A DNA stretch of 37,917 nt from Oligoflexales bacterium (GCA_045105515.1 JBGCDR010000065.1:1-37917); one strand, 5' to 3'; positions 9,594 to 18,963 are shown, numbered from the stretch's first letter. The notes: generated by a model from the sequence alone, not told the origin. Made by a program: numbers and translations.

Positions 9594-9808
9594 TCTTATG
9601 CCTTCCCAGCCAAGGAATATGGTATACCTATATTTTCCGATCATTAGTTCAATTGTCAGTTGTTGATAATTAGTTTTAAATGCCTGCGACAAGTTTTTTT
9701 ATGTGCTTGTTGATGTAGGTCTATACGTATGCCTTTTTGAGCAGAAGTTTCAGATCTCTCCTTCGTATATAAGTGATTTTGCTGCACCTTTAAATTGAGA
9801 GGTTAAAC

Positions 9809-10360
9809 ATGAAACTACTTGGTCTGATCGGATGCGCCAGTCTTGCCAGCACTTGTCTTGCGGGTAATTGGTTTAGCAGTGCTAGAGAGTCTTTGCCGGT
9901 AAAGATAAAAGAGTTCATAGAATTTCGATTGGAAAAAGTTGGCGATTTCGAGTTAGAAAAGGTTAAGGATGTTCAGGATGTTTACGAATTGAAGGTGATG
10001 AATCTTCGTTATGATTATATTATTTCAGCTTGGGATCATCTGAGCTTACGCAATAAATGGGCACGCGATTGGTACCAGAAAAAGCGCTATCTTCGACAAG
10101 AGGAGTCCAGACTACTTGTGCTTGCTAATTCTGATTTTGATGAAGTATGTAAACATTATTTAGGAGAGCAAGCTTTATATGCAGGTGAATTCAAGACTCA
10201 GTACTTGCCAAGTTTAAGATTTCCTCTAAACTTTGTGACTATTAGTAGTGAAGATTATCTTGCAGTAGAAGGCTCTTTTGGAGGAAAAAAACTTCTTTCG
10301 AGTGTTTACTGTCAAGTAGATTTTGATGTTTACTTGGGTGGTGGGGACGGGGAGACTTGA
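9809..10360 (+). CDS. Hypothetical exported protein
   Basis: GAGAGG SD plus ATG; signal-peptide-like N-terminus; no recognised domain. Confidence 0.6.
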   Translation: MKLLGLIGCASLASTCLAGNWFSSARESLPVKIKEFIEFRLEKVGDFELEKVKDVQDVYELKVMNLRYDYIISAWDHLSLRNKWARDWYQKKRYLRQEESRLLVLANSDFDEVCKHYLGEQALYAGEFKTQYLPSLRFPLNFVTISSEDYLAVEGSFGGKKLLSSVYCQVDFDVYLGGGDGET

Positions 10361-10423
10361 ACTCCCACGCCGTTAAGCACTGGATCCTAAATCCAGCGTG
10401 TCTACCAATTTCACCACGCCCCC
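10339..10423 (-). tRNA. tRNA-Leu(TAG)
   Basis: Acceptor stem GGGGGCG/CGTCCCC, anticodon arm CTGGA-TTTAGGA-TCCAG, long variable arm, GTTCAAGTC T-loop, encoded CCA. Confidence 0.97.
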
Positions 10424-10484
10424 TTAATCTGTGGTTCATTGAGAACGTCATAGGTGATGCCATAGGTAGATTTGTTTGTCAAGT

Positions 10485-11231
10485 TTATCTGGAAATTGTT
10501 TGAATTTTGAGGTGGCAAGAACCCAGCTTGATTTCATCCGTAGCACTCACTAGATGTATTCCTCTAATCCGCTTTCCATTAAGATATGAACCATTTGTTG
10601 AGCCTTCGTCTTCTATAAAAACTTCACCGTTATCATTAAGTTTTATCATGAGATGACGTCTCGATATGTCGCTATCATCTTCAAATTTCCCGAAACTGGT
10701 TGCTCTACCGATGAATATGGTATTTTGATTGAGCCGGTAGTCTTCCTGGCTACCGTCTGCATAGGTTACGCTGAGCAGGACTTCCCATTTTTGATTATTC
10801 TTTATTTCGTTCTCAAGTAGAGTATCAACGATACTAGTTTTATCATGGCCGGTATTGAACTCCTTCATTGCTGAAGAAATAGTCGAAATATGGCGCACAA
10901 GTTTCTCATCCTCGAGTTTAAATAGCATTTCAGTCTTTCCAATCAAGATGCGGTCGCCATCTTCCAACTTTTGCTTTATTGCTTTTGTTCCATTGACAAT
11001 GGTTCCATTGGAGCTGTTCATATCAAAAATGTAGTAATCTTGCTTGATGTATTGGATTTGACAGTGAGTTGAGGATACTTCATTATCTTTTAAAATAATA
11101 TCGCCACTTTCCCTTCCGAAGATGGTGCCTGCCATTCGGAGCTTTATTACTTCAAGTTCGTTACCGCTATTGAGGAAGTGGAGTATCGCTCTTAGCTTTG
11201 TTCCGCTCTGCTCATTGCCCATTAATTTCAA
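10485..11231 (-). CDS. Tandem FHA-domain protein
   Basis: Two GR...SxxH...D..S.NG FHA signatures; start could be the ATG at 11222. Confidence 0.9.
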   Translation of the reverse strand: MKLMGNEQSGTKLRAILHFLNSGNELEVIKLRMAGTIFGRESGDIILKDNEVSSTHCQIQYIKQDYYIFDMNSSNGTIVNGTKAIKQKLEDGDRILIGKTEMLFKLEDEKLVRHISTISSAMKEFNTGHDKTSIVDTLLENEIKNNQKWEVLLSVTYADGSQEDYRLNQNTIFIGRATSFGKFEDDSDISRRHLMIKLNDNGEVFIEDEGSTNGSYLNGKRIRGIHLVSATDEIKLGSCHLKIQTISR

Positions 11232-11404
11232 ACCATTTAAGTCAAAAAACTATTTCTATATTATAGCAGAGACTTTAAGTTCTAAGTGATATTTGACCTG
11301 ACTTAAACATCATGGGTTCCAAAAGCACTTTTACGTCGACTAAGCTTAAGGTACCATTATGCAGTTGCAGGTTGTGCATGGTATTAGAACTTAGTGAGTT
11401 GCCA

Positions 11405-11692
11405 ATGAGCCAAGGAAAAGCAAGTCAGGAAGAAATAGACCAAAATTTAAGTGTGAATTTTTCAGAGCTTATTTTGGGTTTTGCATCAGCAGCGCTCTAT
11501 TACACGGGAGACTCAGCCATTGAAGGCAAAGGACAGGGAGAGAAAAACCTTCAGCTTGCCAAGCACAACATTGATATTGTGCGCCTTCTCTACAATAAGA
11601 CCCTTGGAAATCTAGACGAAGAAGAAAAAGGCTTGATAGAAGAGCTGTTAGCAGACTTAGCACATAAATATACCTCCGCTTTAAAGTCTTAA
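11405..11692 (+). CDS. DUF1844 domain protein
   Basis: F..LI......AL...G...NL.LAK..ID....L..KT.GNL..EE pattern; ATG at 11405 preferred. Confidence 0.85.
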   Translation: MSQGKASQEEIDQNLSVNFSELILGFASAALYYTGDSAIEGKGQGEKNLQLAKHNIDIVRLLYNKTLGNLDEEEKGLIEELLADLAHKYTSALKS

Positions 11693-11805
11693 ATTTTTTC
11701 GATTTTTTCCTTAATTTGATCTGTCCTTTGAACCTACCATTCTAAGTCATTTGAACATAGCTCCGAAAGGGGATAAGTATCCTTAAACGATCTTAAAAAA
11801 TAGTT

Positions 11806-14448
11806 ATGGATGTTTCTCGCTACAATTTTTTGTGTCAAAAGGCTTTACATCAGGGCTTGCAATATGCAAAGAGCTTTGGCCATCAATATTTGGAAGCTGA
11901 ACATGTAGCTTTGGCAATGCTGCGTTCAGAATCAGTGAGTCTAGGAACTATCGTAAATCGTTCTATCAGCGAGCAACTAAAAAATAAGCTCTCCCAAATG
12001 CAAAAAGTGTTTGGGAATGTGAATATAAAGTTTGGAGTGCGGCTAGACAAAGCTTTGGATCAAGCAGAAGAAAAAGCAGGAACTGCTATCGTGGAAGAAG
12101 ACCTGCTTTGGTCTTGCCTCTTGGCACAATCTACCTTGTTGAAAAATTTAATGTTAGAGGCCGAGCAAGGGCAATCTCCAGATTTTGAGGGAGTCGAGTC
12201 TCGTAGGCAAAAATCTGACCATCCGAAACAGCAATCTTCACAGGTAAATCTTGAAGCTTCTACCAGTGATTATGAAACTAGGGATGATGGCAGCTATAAG
12301 ATTCCGGAAAAATTAGAGAAGGTTTTAAAATCCTATACCCAGGATTTGACTGCTTTTGCAGAACGTGGAGAACTTGATCCAGTTGTTGGTCGTGATATGG
12401 AAACACGCAGGGTTCTCGAAATATTAGGCAGGAAGAAAAAGAATAATCCGATTTTGATTGGGGAGGCGGGAGTTGGAAAGACCGCTGTAGCAGAAGCAAT
12501 CGCTCTACGAATTGCTGAAGGTAGGGTACCCGAACCAATGAAAGGTAAGCGGGTTTTGAGCTTAGATTTAGGTGCACTTGTTGCGGGAGCTAAGTTCAGG
12601 GGAGAATTCGAGGACCGCATGAAAAATTTATTAAAAGCCATAAGAGCCTGTGCTGGTGGAGTGATCTTGTTTATTGATGAGATCCATATGCTTGTTGGTG
12701 CAGGAAGTGCTGATGGATCAGCTGACGCCGCTAATTTGATGAAACCTGCACTCGCCCGTGGGGAATTACGCTGTCTCGGAGCAACTACCTTAGATGAGTA
12801 CCGAACTTACATAGAGAAGGACCCGGCTCTAGTGCGGCGATTTCAAGAAGTGCTTGTTGAAGAACCATCTCGATCAATAGCGTTATCCATAATGAGAGGC
12901 ATTAAGGGTCGTTATGAGGTGCACCATGGGGTTCAGATAAACGATGATGCCCTTGTCAGTGCAGTAGATTTATCGATGCGCTTTCTTCCAAGTCGTAGGT
13001 TACCCGACAAAGCTATCGACTTGTTGGATGAAGCCTGTAGTCGTCTGCGTTTGCAGATTGATAGCGTGCCGACCATTATGGATGAGCTGCGATCCCACAT
13101 TGAGCAGCTACAAATAGAGAAAAAAGCCATAGACGATGATACGACGGCTCAGGTTGCAATGGCAAAACTTCAGGTAGAGCTTGAAAGAGTTCAGAAAGAG
13201 TATCAAGAGCTGGAGCTAATATGGCGTAAACATCAACAATTATTAGAAATGCTTAGGAAATACGAAAGTAGGAACCAAGAACTATCTGTTCTCTTCGAGA
13301 ACACCAAAGCAAAAGGGGACTTTGATTTTGCTGCAAAGCTCCAATACCATGAAATTCCTGGTTTAAATAAAAAAATTGCTGAGGTTAGGGCTGAGCTTGA
13401 TGAGGTTCAGGAAAAGCACTCATGGTTGCGCCAAGTCGTTGGGAGTATAGAAATAGCGGAGGTCATAGCTCAATGGAGCAGGGTTCCGGTCAATAAATTA
13501 TTAAAAAACGAATCTCAGTCTTTGCTTACTATTGAAGATAGGCTGAGACACCGAGTCTATGGGCAAGATGAGGCTTTGGCCGTAGTTGGAAAGGCAATAA
13601 AGCGCTCAAGAGTCGGTGTCAATGATCCTTCGAGGCCGATTGGAGTTTTTCTTTTTTTAGGCCCTACTGGGGTGGGTAAAACTGAAACAGCCAAAGCTCT
13701 AGCTGTGGAAATATTCGATGATGAAAGTCGTATGGTACGAATTGACATGTCAGAATTTATGGACCAGCACAATGTTTCCAGATTAATCGGAGCTCCACCT
13801 GGATATGTTGGGTATGGAGAAGGCGGGGAATTAACCGAACCTGTAAGACGCAGCCCCTATACTGTAGTTTTGTTGGATGAGATTGAAAAGGCACACCCGC
13901 GTATACTTGATATCCTTTTACAAACTTTCGATGATGGTCGTCTGACTGATGGAAAAGGCCGGCTCATTGATTTTCGCAATACTATACTAATTATGACCTC
14001 CAACATCCCACTAGAGCTAAGTTTACCAGCAGGTAGTGAAGAAGCAGAAGAGGAAAAGCGTCAGCAGTTGGCTAGTGTGCTTAGGCCCGAATTTGTTGGA
14101 CGGATTGATGAAGTGGTAGTTTTTCATAAGCTTGGATTGATTCATTTTGAACATCTCTTCGAAAAGCTTCTGAGGCAGCTTAACCTAAGATTGCAAGAAA
14201 GGCAGTTTCGTGTTGAAATTGGCCAAATCCTTCGAGGAAAGCTCATCGAGGAGGTAGCAGGTGGAAACTTTGGTGGTAGGGCTTTGAGAAGGTCATTCCA
14301 GTCTATGGTGGTAGATCGTGTTTCCGAAAGAATTCTCTCCGATCCAGAGCAGTGTAACGGAGCCTGGAAGCTTGAGTGCGACAATGACGGTTCCTATACC
14401 TGGTCTATTGATGATACCCTGCATCGTTACTTACCTGCGGCCGAATGA
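11806..14448 (+). CDS. clpB: ClpB-type AAA+ chaperone (divergent)
   Basis: Two AAA+ modules (GEAGVGKT/LFIDEIH; GPTGVGKT/LLDEIEK), pore loops AGAKFRG and GYVG, long coiled-coil middle domain. Confidence 0.85.
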   Translation: MDVSRYNFLCQKALHQGLQYAKSFGHQYLEAEHVALAMLRSESVSLGTIVNRSISEQLKNKLSQMQKVFGNVNIKFGVRLDKALDQAEEKAGTAIVEEDLLWSCLLAQSTLLKNLMLEAEQGQSPDFEGVESRRQKSDHPKQQSSQVNLEASTSDYETRDDGSYKIPEKLEKVLKSYTQDLTAFAERGELDPVVGRDMETRRVLEILGRKKKNNPILIGEAGVGKTAVAEAIALRIAEGRVPEPMKGKRVLSLDLGALVAGAKFRGEFEDRMKNLLKAIRACAGGVILFIDEIHMLVGAGSADGSADAANLMKPALARGELRCLGATTLDEYRTYIEKDPALVRRFQEVLVEEPSRSIALSIMRGIKGRYEVHHGVQINDDALVSAVDLSMRFLPSRRLPDKAIDLLDEACSRLRLQIDSVPTIMDELRSHIEQLQIEKKAIDDDTTAQVAMAKLQVELERVQKEYQELELIWRKHQQLLEMLRKYESRNQELSVLFENTKAKGDFDFAAKLQYHEIPGLNKKIAEVRAELDEVQEKHSWLRQVVGSIEIAEVIAQWSRVPVNKLLKNESQSLLTIEDRLRHRVYGQDEALAVVGKAIKRSRVGVNDPSRPIGVFLFLGPTGVGKTETAKALAVEIFDDESRMVRIDMSEFMDQHNVSRLIGAPPGYVGYGEGGELTEPVRRSPYTVVLLDEIEKAHPRILDILLQTFDDGRLTDGKGRLIDFRNTILIMTSNIPLELSLPAGSEEAEEEKRQQLASVLRPEFVGRIDEVVVFHKLGLIHFEHLFEKLLRQLNLRLQERQFRVEIGQILRGKLIEEVAGGNFGGRALRRSFQSMVVDRVSERILSDPEQCNGAWKLECDNDGSYTWSIDDTLHRYLPAAE

Positions 14449-14527
14449 ATATTTGCAAACACTCTTGACAAGACAACCTGGGCAATATACTCATGCATTG
14501 CTAGATGATTTCAGGTGATCCTGAAAT

Positions 14528-14602
14528 TGGGGCGTCGTCAAGTGGTAAGACACAAGATTTTGATTCTTGCATGCGCAGGTTCGAGTCCTGCCGCCCCAGC
14601 CA
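14528..14602 (+). tRNA. tRNA-Gln(TTG)
   Basis: Acceptor TGGGGCG/CGCCCCA, anticodon arm CAAGA-TTTTGAT-TCTTG, GGTTCGAGTCC, encoded CCA; usual position before prs. Confidence 0.97.
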
Positions 14603-14632
14603 CTTTTTGGTCAAGATATTTTTGGAGGGCCT

Positions 14633-15571
14633 GTGGCGTCAGAAATTCTTCTGTTTGGTGGTATGTCAAACATTCCTCTCGTAGAAAAAATAAGCCAACA
14701 TCTTAAGATTCCGCAAGCGGATGCGATGGTAAGCCAGTTTAGTGATGGTGAGACACGGGTTGAGATTAAGCAGAATGTCCGTGGAGCGGATGTGTATGTG
14801 GTCCAGCCGACCTGTGCACCAGCAAACCATCATATAATGGAAGCTCTGATTATTGTGGATGCATGTAAAAGGGCTTCAGCTAAAAACATTACTTTGGTAA
14901 GTCCGTACTTTGGCTATGGACGGCAAGAACGCAAGAGTGCTCCTCGTACTCCTATTACCGCGAAGCTTGTTGCTGAGCTGATGGAGGCTGCAGGAGTTAC
15001 AAGGTTGCTGACCTTAGAATTACATAATTCTGCGATCCAAGGATTTTTTAATGTTCCGGTAGATCATTTGTTTTCTAAGCCAGTATTTGCTGCTTTCCTT
15101 GAAGGGAAGACATCCAACACGATTGTGGTCTCTCCTGATGCAGGCGGAGTGGAGCGTGCGCGAGCTATGGCGAAGCAGTTTAACTGTGGACTTGCAATTA
15201 TTGATAAACGCCGTGACAAGCCTAATGAGAGTGCAGTTATGCATATTATTGGTGATGTTAGTGGTAAGGACTGCTTAATTGTTGATGATATTGTGGATAC
15301 TGGAGGTTCGCTTGTTAATGCGGCTAATGCTCTGATGAGCAAGGGTGCTAGACAAGTTTCGGCCGCTATAACTCATCCAGTGCTAAGTGGGCCTGCTGTT
15401 AGTAGAATAAATGAGTCTTGTATCCAATCTCTTGTGGTCACAGACTCAATCCCACTCTCAAAAGAAGCAGCTAATAGCTCAAAAGTTGTCCAAGTTAGCA
15501 TATCAGGTCTTTTCGCAGACGCGATTAAAAGAATTAATAATCAGTCTTCTGTAAGCTCTCTATTTATTTGA
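14633..15571 (+). CDS. prs: Ribose-phosphate pyrophosphokinase
   Basis: FSDGE, PYFGYGRQ, VSPDAGG, DDIVDTGGS; GGAGG SD with GTG at 14633 (the ORF-track start lies inside the tRNA). Confidence 0.97.
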   Translation: MASEILLFGGMSNIPLVEKISQHLKIPQADAMVSQFSDGETRVEIKQNVRGADVYVVQPTCAPANHHIMEALIIVDACKRASAKNITLVSPYFGYGRQERKSAPRTPITAKLVAELMEAAGVTRLLTLELHNSAIQGFFNVPVDHLFSKPVFAAFLEGKTSNTIVVSPDAGGVERARAMAKQFNCGLAIIDKRRDKPNESAVMHIIGDVSGKDCLIVDDIVDTGGSLVNAANALMSKGARQVSAAITHPVLSGPAVSRINESCIQSLVVTDSIPLSKEAANSSKVVQVSISGLFADAIKRINNQSSVSSLFI

Positions 15572-15608
15572 TTAATTTGTAAAAATTGACGGATTATTCA
15601 TTTGATGC

Positions 15609-15637
15609 TTGCAAGCTGCTCGGCTTCCCGTTATAAA
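15609..15637 (+). promoter_or_regulatory. Putative sigma70 promoter for the rplY operon
   Basis: TTGCAA-N17-TATAAA in the prs-rplY intergenic region. Confidence 0.55.
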
Positions 15638-15712
15638 TTCGGGTTCGATAGAAGGAGTTAGCTCCTTGTTGATGTTGAAAAAGAGGCTAGTCAACTAGCT
15701 GGAGACTCTAAT

Positions 15713-15994
15713 ATGTCAGAAAAAAAGATCACTATTGAAGGTTCTTTACGTAAAGAACATGGAAAGGGCTACTGTCGCCGATTAAGGGCTACGGGAAAAG
15801 TCCCAGGAAATATCCTTAACAAAGCTAAAGCAGTTTCAATTGAGCTTGAGGCTAAATTGTTATCCAAGGCTTGGAAGGCGGGAAAAACTTTCACGCTTAA
15901 TATGGATGGGGAAAACCTTAGCGTTAAAATTCATGAGCTTCAGATTAATCCTATTAAACGCACAGCTGTGCATGTCGATTTGATGTACGTGTGA
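15713..15994 (+). CDS. rplY: 50S ribosomal protein L25 (short, single-domain form)
   Basis: R...GKG..RRLR..GKVPG, Q..P......HVD; lies between prs and pth. Confidence 0.92.
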   Translation: MSEKKITIEGSLRKEHGKGYCRRLRATGKVPGNILNKAKAVSIELEAKLLSKAWKAGKTFTLNMDGENLSVKIHELQINPIKRTAVHVDLMYV

Positions 15995-16521
15995 AGCTCC
16001 TTATTGGCCTAGGTAATCCAGGTCCTAAGTATGAAACAACCAGGCATAACGCTGGTTTTTTGATGCTTGATCTTATTGCTGATTCTGCAGGGATTAGTTG
16101 GGGCAGTAGTAAGTTTGATGCGGTCATGGGTAAAGGCCAGCTAAATGGCCACTCTGTTGTTTTGCTCAAGCCGCAGACCTTCATGAACCTCAGTGGGCGC
16201 AGTGTTACTAAAGCTGCAAGGTTCTTTAAGGTGTCCGTGGAGAAAATAATTGTTTTCCACGATGATATCGATATGGACTACGGGAAGGTTAAAACCAGAG
16301 CAGGTGGAGGCCACGGAGGCCATAATGGCATACGTAGTATGATAGCCGAGCTCGGTGATAATAATTTTCACCGTATGAAGCTGGGGGTTGGTCGCCCAGC
16401 TAAAGATGAGCCTGTTGGTGTTTCTGATTGGGTCTTGCACCCTTTTACAGATGCACAGCTCTTGGGCTTACAAAAGGAAATGTTTGATGCGGTTATGCTC
16501 CGCTTAAAAGGAATATTTTAA
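15991..16521 (+). CDS. pth: Peptidyl-tRNA hydrolase
   Basis: GLGNPG..Y..TRHNAG, KPQTFMNLSG, HDD, GGHNG. Confidence 0.97.
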   Translation: MKLLIGLGNPGPKYETTRHNAGFLMLDLIADSAGISWGSSKFDAVMGKGQLNGHSVVLLKPQTFMNLSGRSVTKAARFFKVSVEKIIVFHDDIDMDYGKVKTRAGGGHGGHNGIRSMIAELGDNNFHRMKLGVGRPAKDEPVGVSDWVLHPFTDAQLLGLQKEMFDAVMLRLKGIF

Positions 16522-16546
16522 TCTTAGACGGGGATCAGCCGTTTAA

Positions 16547-16596
16547 CTCCTTTGCTAAGGCGAAGGTCGTTTTAGCTGATTGAAACCACAAAGGAG
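16547..16596 (+). promoter_or_regulatory. Putative S6:S18 (rpsF) leader RNA
   Basis: CTCCTTTG pairs with the SD-containing CAAAGGAG and encloses hairpin CTAAGGCGA-AGG-TCGTTTTAG; unpaired CCA just 5' of the SD strand. Confidence 0.6.
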
Positions 16597-16602
16597 ACTG
16601 TC

Positions 16603-16986
16603 TTGTTAAGAGAATATGAATTCACATTTATTGCTAATTCTCAGCTTTCAGACGAAGATACTAAAAAGCTTTTAGAAAAGTATGAAACGATTCTTGCAGC
16701 TGATGGTGGTCAAGTGATTAAGAAGGATGACTGGGGAACTAAGAAACTTGCTTTCCCGATCAAAAAACACTTTCGTGGACGTTATGTTCACTACGACTTG
16801 ACTTGCAAGCCAGAGCATTTATCTGAAGCAGAACGCCTGATGCGCATTGATGACAATGTACTACGTTACCTTTCTGTTCGGATTGGTGAAAACGTGGATG
16901 TTGATGTCCGCAAAGCACAGATTGCGAAATTGGAAGCGGAAGCAGCTCGCCAAAGAGAAAATGCCCTGTCTCAAAAGATTCAATAA
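16603..16986 (+). CDS. rpsF: 30S ribosomal protein S6
   Basis: REYE..FI, DDWG.KKLAFPIKK...G.Y, VLRYL. Confidence 0.96.
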   Translation: MLREYEFTFIANSQLSDEDTKKLLEKYETILAADGGQVIKKDDWGTKKLAFPIKKHFRGRYVHYDLTCKPEHLSEAERLMRIDDNVLRYLSVRIGENVDVDVRKAQIAKLEAEAARQRENALSQKIQ

Positions 16987-17013
16987 GCGCTTAAGATATA
17001 AGGAAATCGTCCT

Positions 17014-17457
17014 ATGAAATTAATATTAAAAGAAGATGTTCCTTCTTTAGGCACCATTGGTACTATCGTCACTGTTAAAGATGGTTATGCCCGTAATTAC
17101 CTTTTGCCACGCGATCTTGCTGTTCCAGCAAATGAGAGCAACAAGAAGCAACTTGAACACCAGAAGAGAGTGCTCTCCGCACGTCGAGAAAAAGTTCTTG
17201 GTGAGGTTAAAGCACTAGCGAGCAAGATTGAGAAAGTTTCGGTAGAAGTTGCGAAGCAAGTTGGTGAGGACGAGAGGATTTTTGGTTCGGTAACTGCTGC
17301 AGAGTTAGTGGAGTTATTGGAAGCCAAGGGTTTTAAGGTTTCTAAAAAAGACATAAAAATGCCAGAGGATGTCAAAAAAGTTGGTGTTTATACCGCTGAA
17401 CTTAGATTGCACTCCGAAGTTACAGCTAAATTGAAATTCTGGGTTGTCTCTCAGTAA
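17014..17457 (+). CDS. rplI: 50S ribosomal protein L9
   Basis: MKLILKEDV..LG..G..V.VKDGYARNYLLP, FGSVT. Confidence 0.97.
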   Translation: MKLILKEDVPSLGTIGTIVTVKDGYARNYLLPRDLAVPANESNKKQLEHQKRVLSARREKVLGEVKALASKIEKVSVEVAKQVGEDERIFGSVTAAELVELLEAKGFKVSKKDIKMPEDVKKVGVYTAELRLHSEVTAKLKFWVVSQ

Positions 17458-17494
17458 GAATATTCTTTTAATATTCAGAAATACTTGAATTTTA

Positions 17495-17538
17495 CCAGAC
17501 CCAAATTTCTAGCTATAGGATGGGGCTGGCCTATTTTT
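17495..17538 (+). terminator. Hairpin with T-tract between rplI and dnaB (possible leaky terminator)
   Basis: CCAG.CCCA...TTCTA-GCTA-TAGGA-TGGG.CTGG followed by CCTATTTTT. Confidence 0.4.
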
Positions 17539-17586
17539 CTCACAGCGTCTGATTTTAATCCCCGTACCCCTATACCGGAGTTATAG

Positions 17587-18927
17587 ATGGCAAAGCAAAA
17601 TGAAAAGTTTGCACCGCCTCACTCCGTCGACTCCGAGCGTGCTGTTCTAGGTGCAGCCATAGCAGATCCTAATATGCTCATGGAGATTCTTAGTGCCAAG
17701 CTGACTCCGGAGCATTTTTTTGTTGATATCCATCGTAAGATTTTTGAGCACATCTTAAATAAAGTTGAGAACAATCAAAGCCTCGACCTATTCCAGATCA
17801 TAGAGAGCCTACGACGCAAAGGCGAAAATGGGGACTATGTACCAGACTTAGTCAACAATTGCCCTATGACTCTCAATGTGGAGTACTACGTTGATGTGGT
17901 TCGCAAGAACTACTACCTTCGGCGTATTATCACTGCCTGTCAAGAAACTGCTTATAAAGCAATGACCACTGAAGGCGAGATTCATGGTTTCATTGAGCAG
18001 GTAGAAAAGGAATTCTTGCTCATCTCTAAAGAGCAAGAGCAAGAAGGGGGGCTCGTTAGTGCAAAGGATGCACTTGTACCTACCTTAGAAGAAATCGAGC
18101 GAAGGATTACTTTCGAAGGCGACATCACCGGGGTCACGTCTGGATTTCGGGATCTGGATCGCTTTACTGGTGGTTGGCAGAAAAGCGATTTGGTTATCCT
18201 CGCTGCCAGACCAGGTATGGGAAAAACGGCACTCGCCTTGAATTGGTTGATGAACGCTGTAAAAGATTCAGATGAGCATTACGGGGCTATATTTACTCTT
18301 GAGATGTCAAAAGAACAGCTAGTAGAACGTCTTATTTCCGCTGAAGGGCGCATAGAGTCAACCAAATTGCGCAAAGGTGATATGGATGAGGATGAGCAAG
18401 ATCGGCTTATGAACGCAGCAAGGTTTATCCATACTCTTGGAGACCGTCTGGTAATAGATGAAACTCCCGGAATTACCTTAATGGAGCTAAGGTCCCGATG
18501 CCGGAGGTTTGCCAGAGAACATAAGCTTAGTATTATTGTGATCGACTATCTTCAGTTAATGTCGGGTAGCGTGTCAGCGCAGAAACAGAGCAGAGAGCGG
18601 GAAATCAGCGAAATATCAATGGGTTTAAAGGCGTTAGCCAAGGAACTTGCAGTTCCAATTATTGCCCTTGCCCAGCTCAACCGTGGACCAGATGCGAGGC
18701 CAGATAAAAGACCTAAAATTAGCGATCTCCGGGAATCAGGCTCTATGGAACAAGATGCTGACCAGATTCTTTTTGTGTACAGGGATGACTACTATAACCC
18801 ACAGTCTGAGCATGCAGGAAAGGCCGAAGTTTTGGTAAGTAAGAACCGGCATGGTGAAACTGGCTCACTATTCCTTGCATGGCAACCGAACTACGTTTCT
18901 TTTTTCAACCTGATAGACGATAATTAA
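17587..18927 (+). CDS. dnaB: Replicative DNA helicase
   Basis: PPHS...E.AVLG, AARPGMGKT, IDYLQL, AQLNR, DLRESGSMEQDAD, KNRHG; no intein-sized insertion. Confidence 0.98.
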   Translation: MAKQNEKFAPPHSVDSERAVLGAAIADPNMLMEILSAKLTPEHFFVDIHRKIFEHILNKVENNQSLDLFQIIESLRRKGENGDYVPDLVNNCPMTLNVEYYVDVVRKNYYLRRIITACQETAYKAMTTEGEIHGFIEQVEKEFLLISKEQEQEGGLVSAKDALVPTLEEIERRITFEGDITGVTSGFRDLDRFTGGWQKSDLVILAARPGMGKTALALNWLMNAVKDSDEHYGAIFTLEMSKEQLVERLISAEGRIESTKLRKGDMDEDEQDRLMNAARFIHTLGDRLVIDETPGITLMELRSRCRRFAREHKLSIIVIDYLQLMSGSVSAQKQSREREISEISMGLKALAKELAVPIIALAQLNRGPDARPDKRPKISDLRESGSMEQDADQILFVYRDDYYNPQSEHAGKAEVLVSKNRHGETGSLFLAWQPNYVSFFNLIDDN

Positions 18928-18963
18928 GAGTTGATGGTAATTAGTCCTTAGACTGGAGAGTTT

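Noticed and set aside
10242..10463. 73-aa minus-strand ORF
   Set aside because: It reads through tRNA-Leu; an artefact.
10485..14448. FHA plus Clp ATPase as a type VI secretion locus
   Set aside because: No tss core genes; the ATPase has a ClpB-type middle domain.
14465..14491. TTGACA...TATACT promoter for tRNA-Gln
   Set aside because: The spacer is only 15 nt; plausible but not supportable as called.
14318..14706. Short ORFs and the extended prs N-terminus
   Set aside because: They overlap clpB and tRNA-Gln; prs has a good SD and GTG at 14633.
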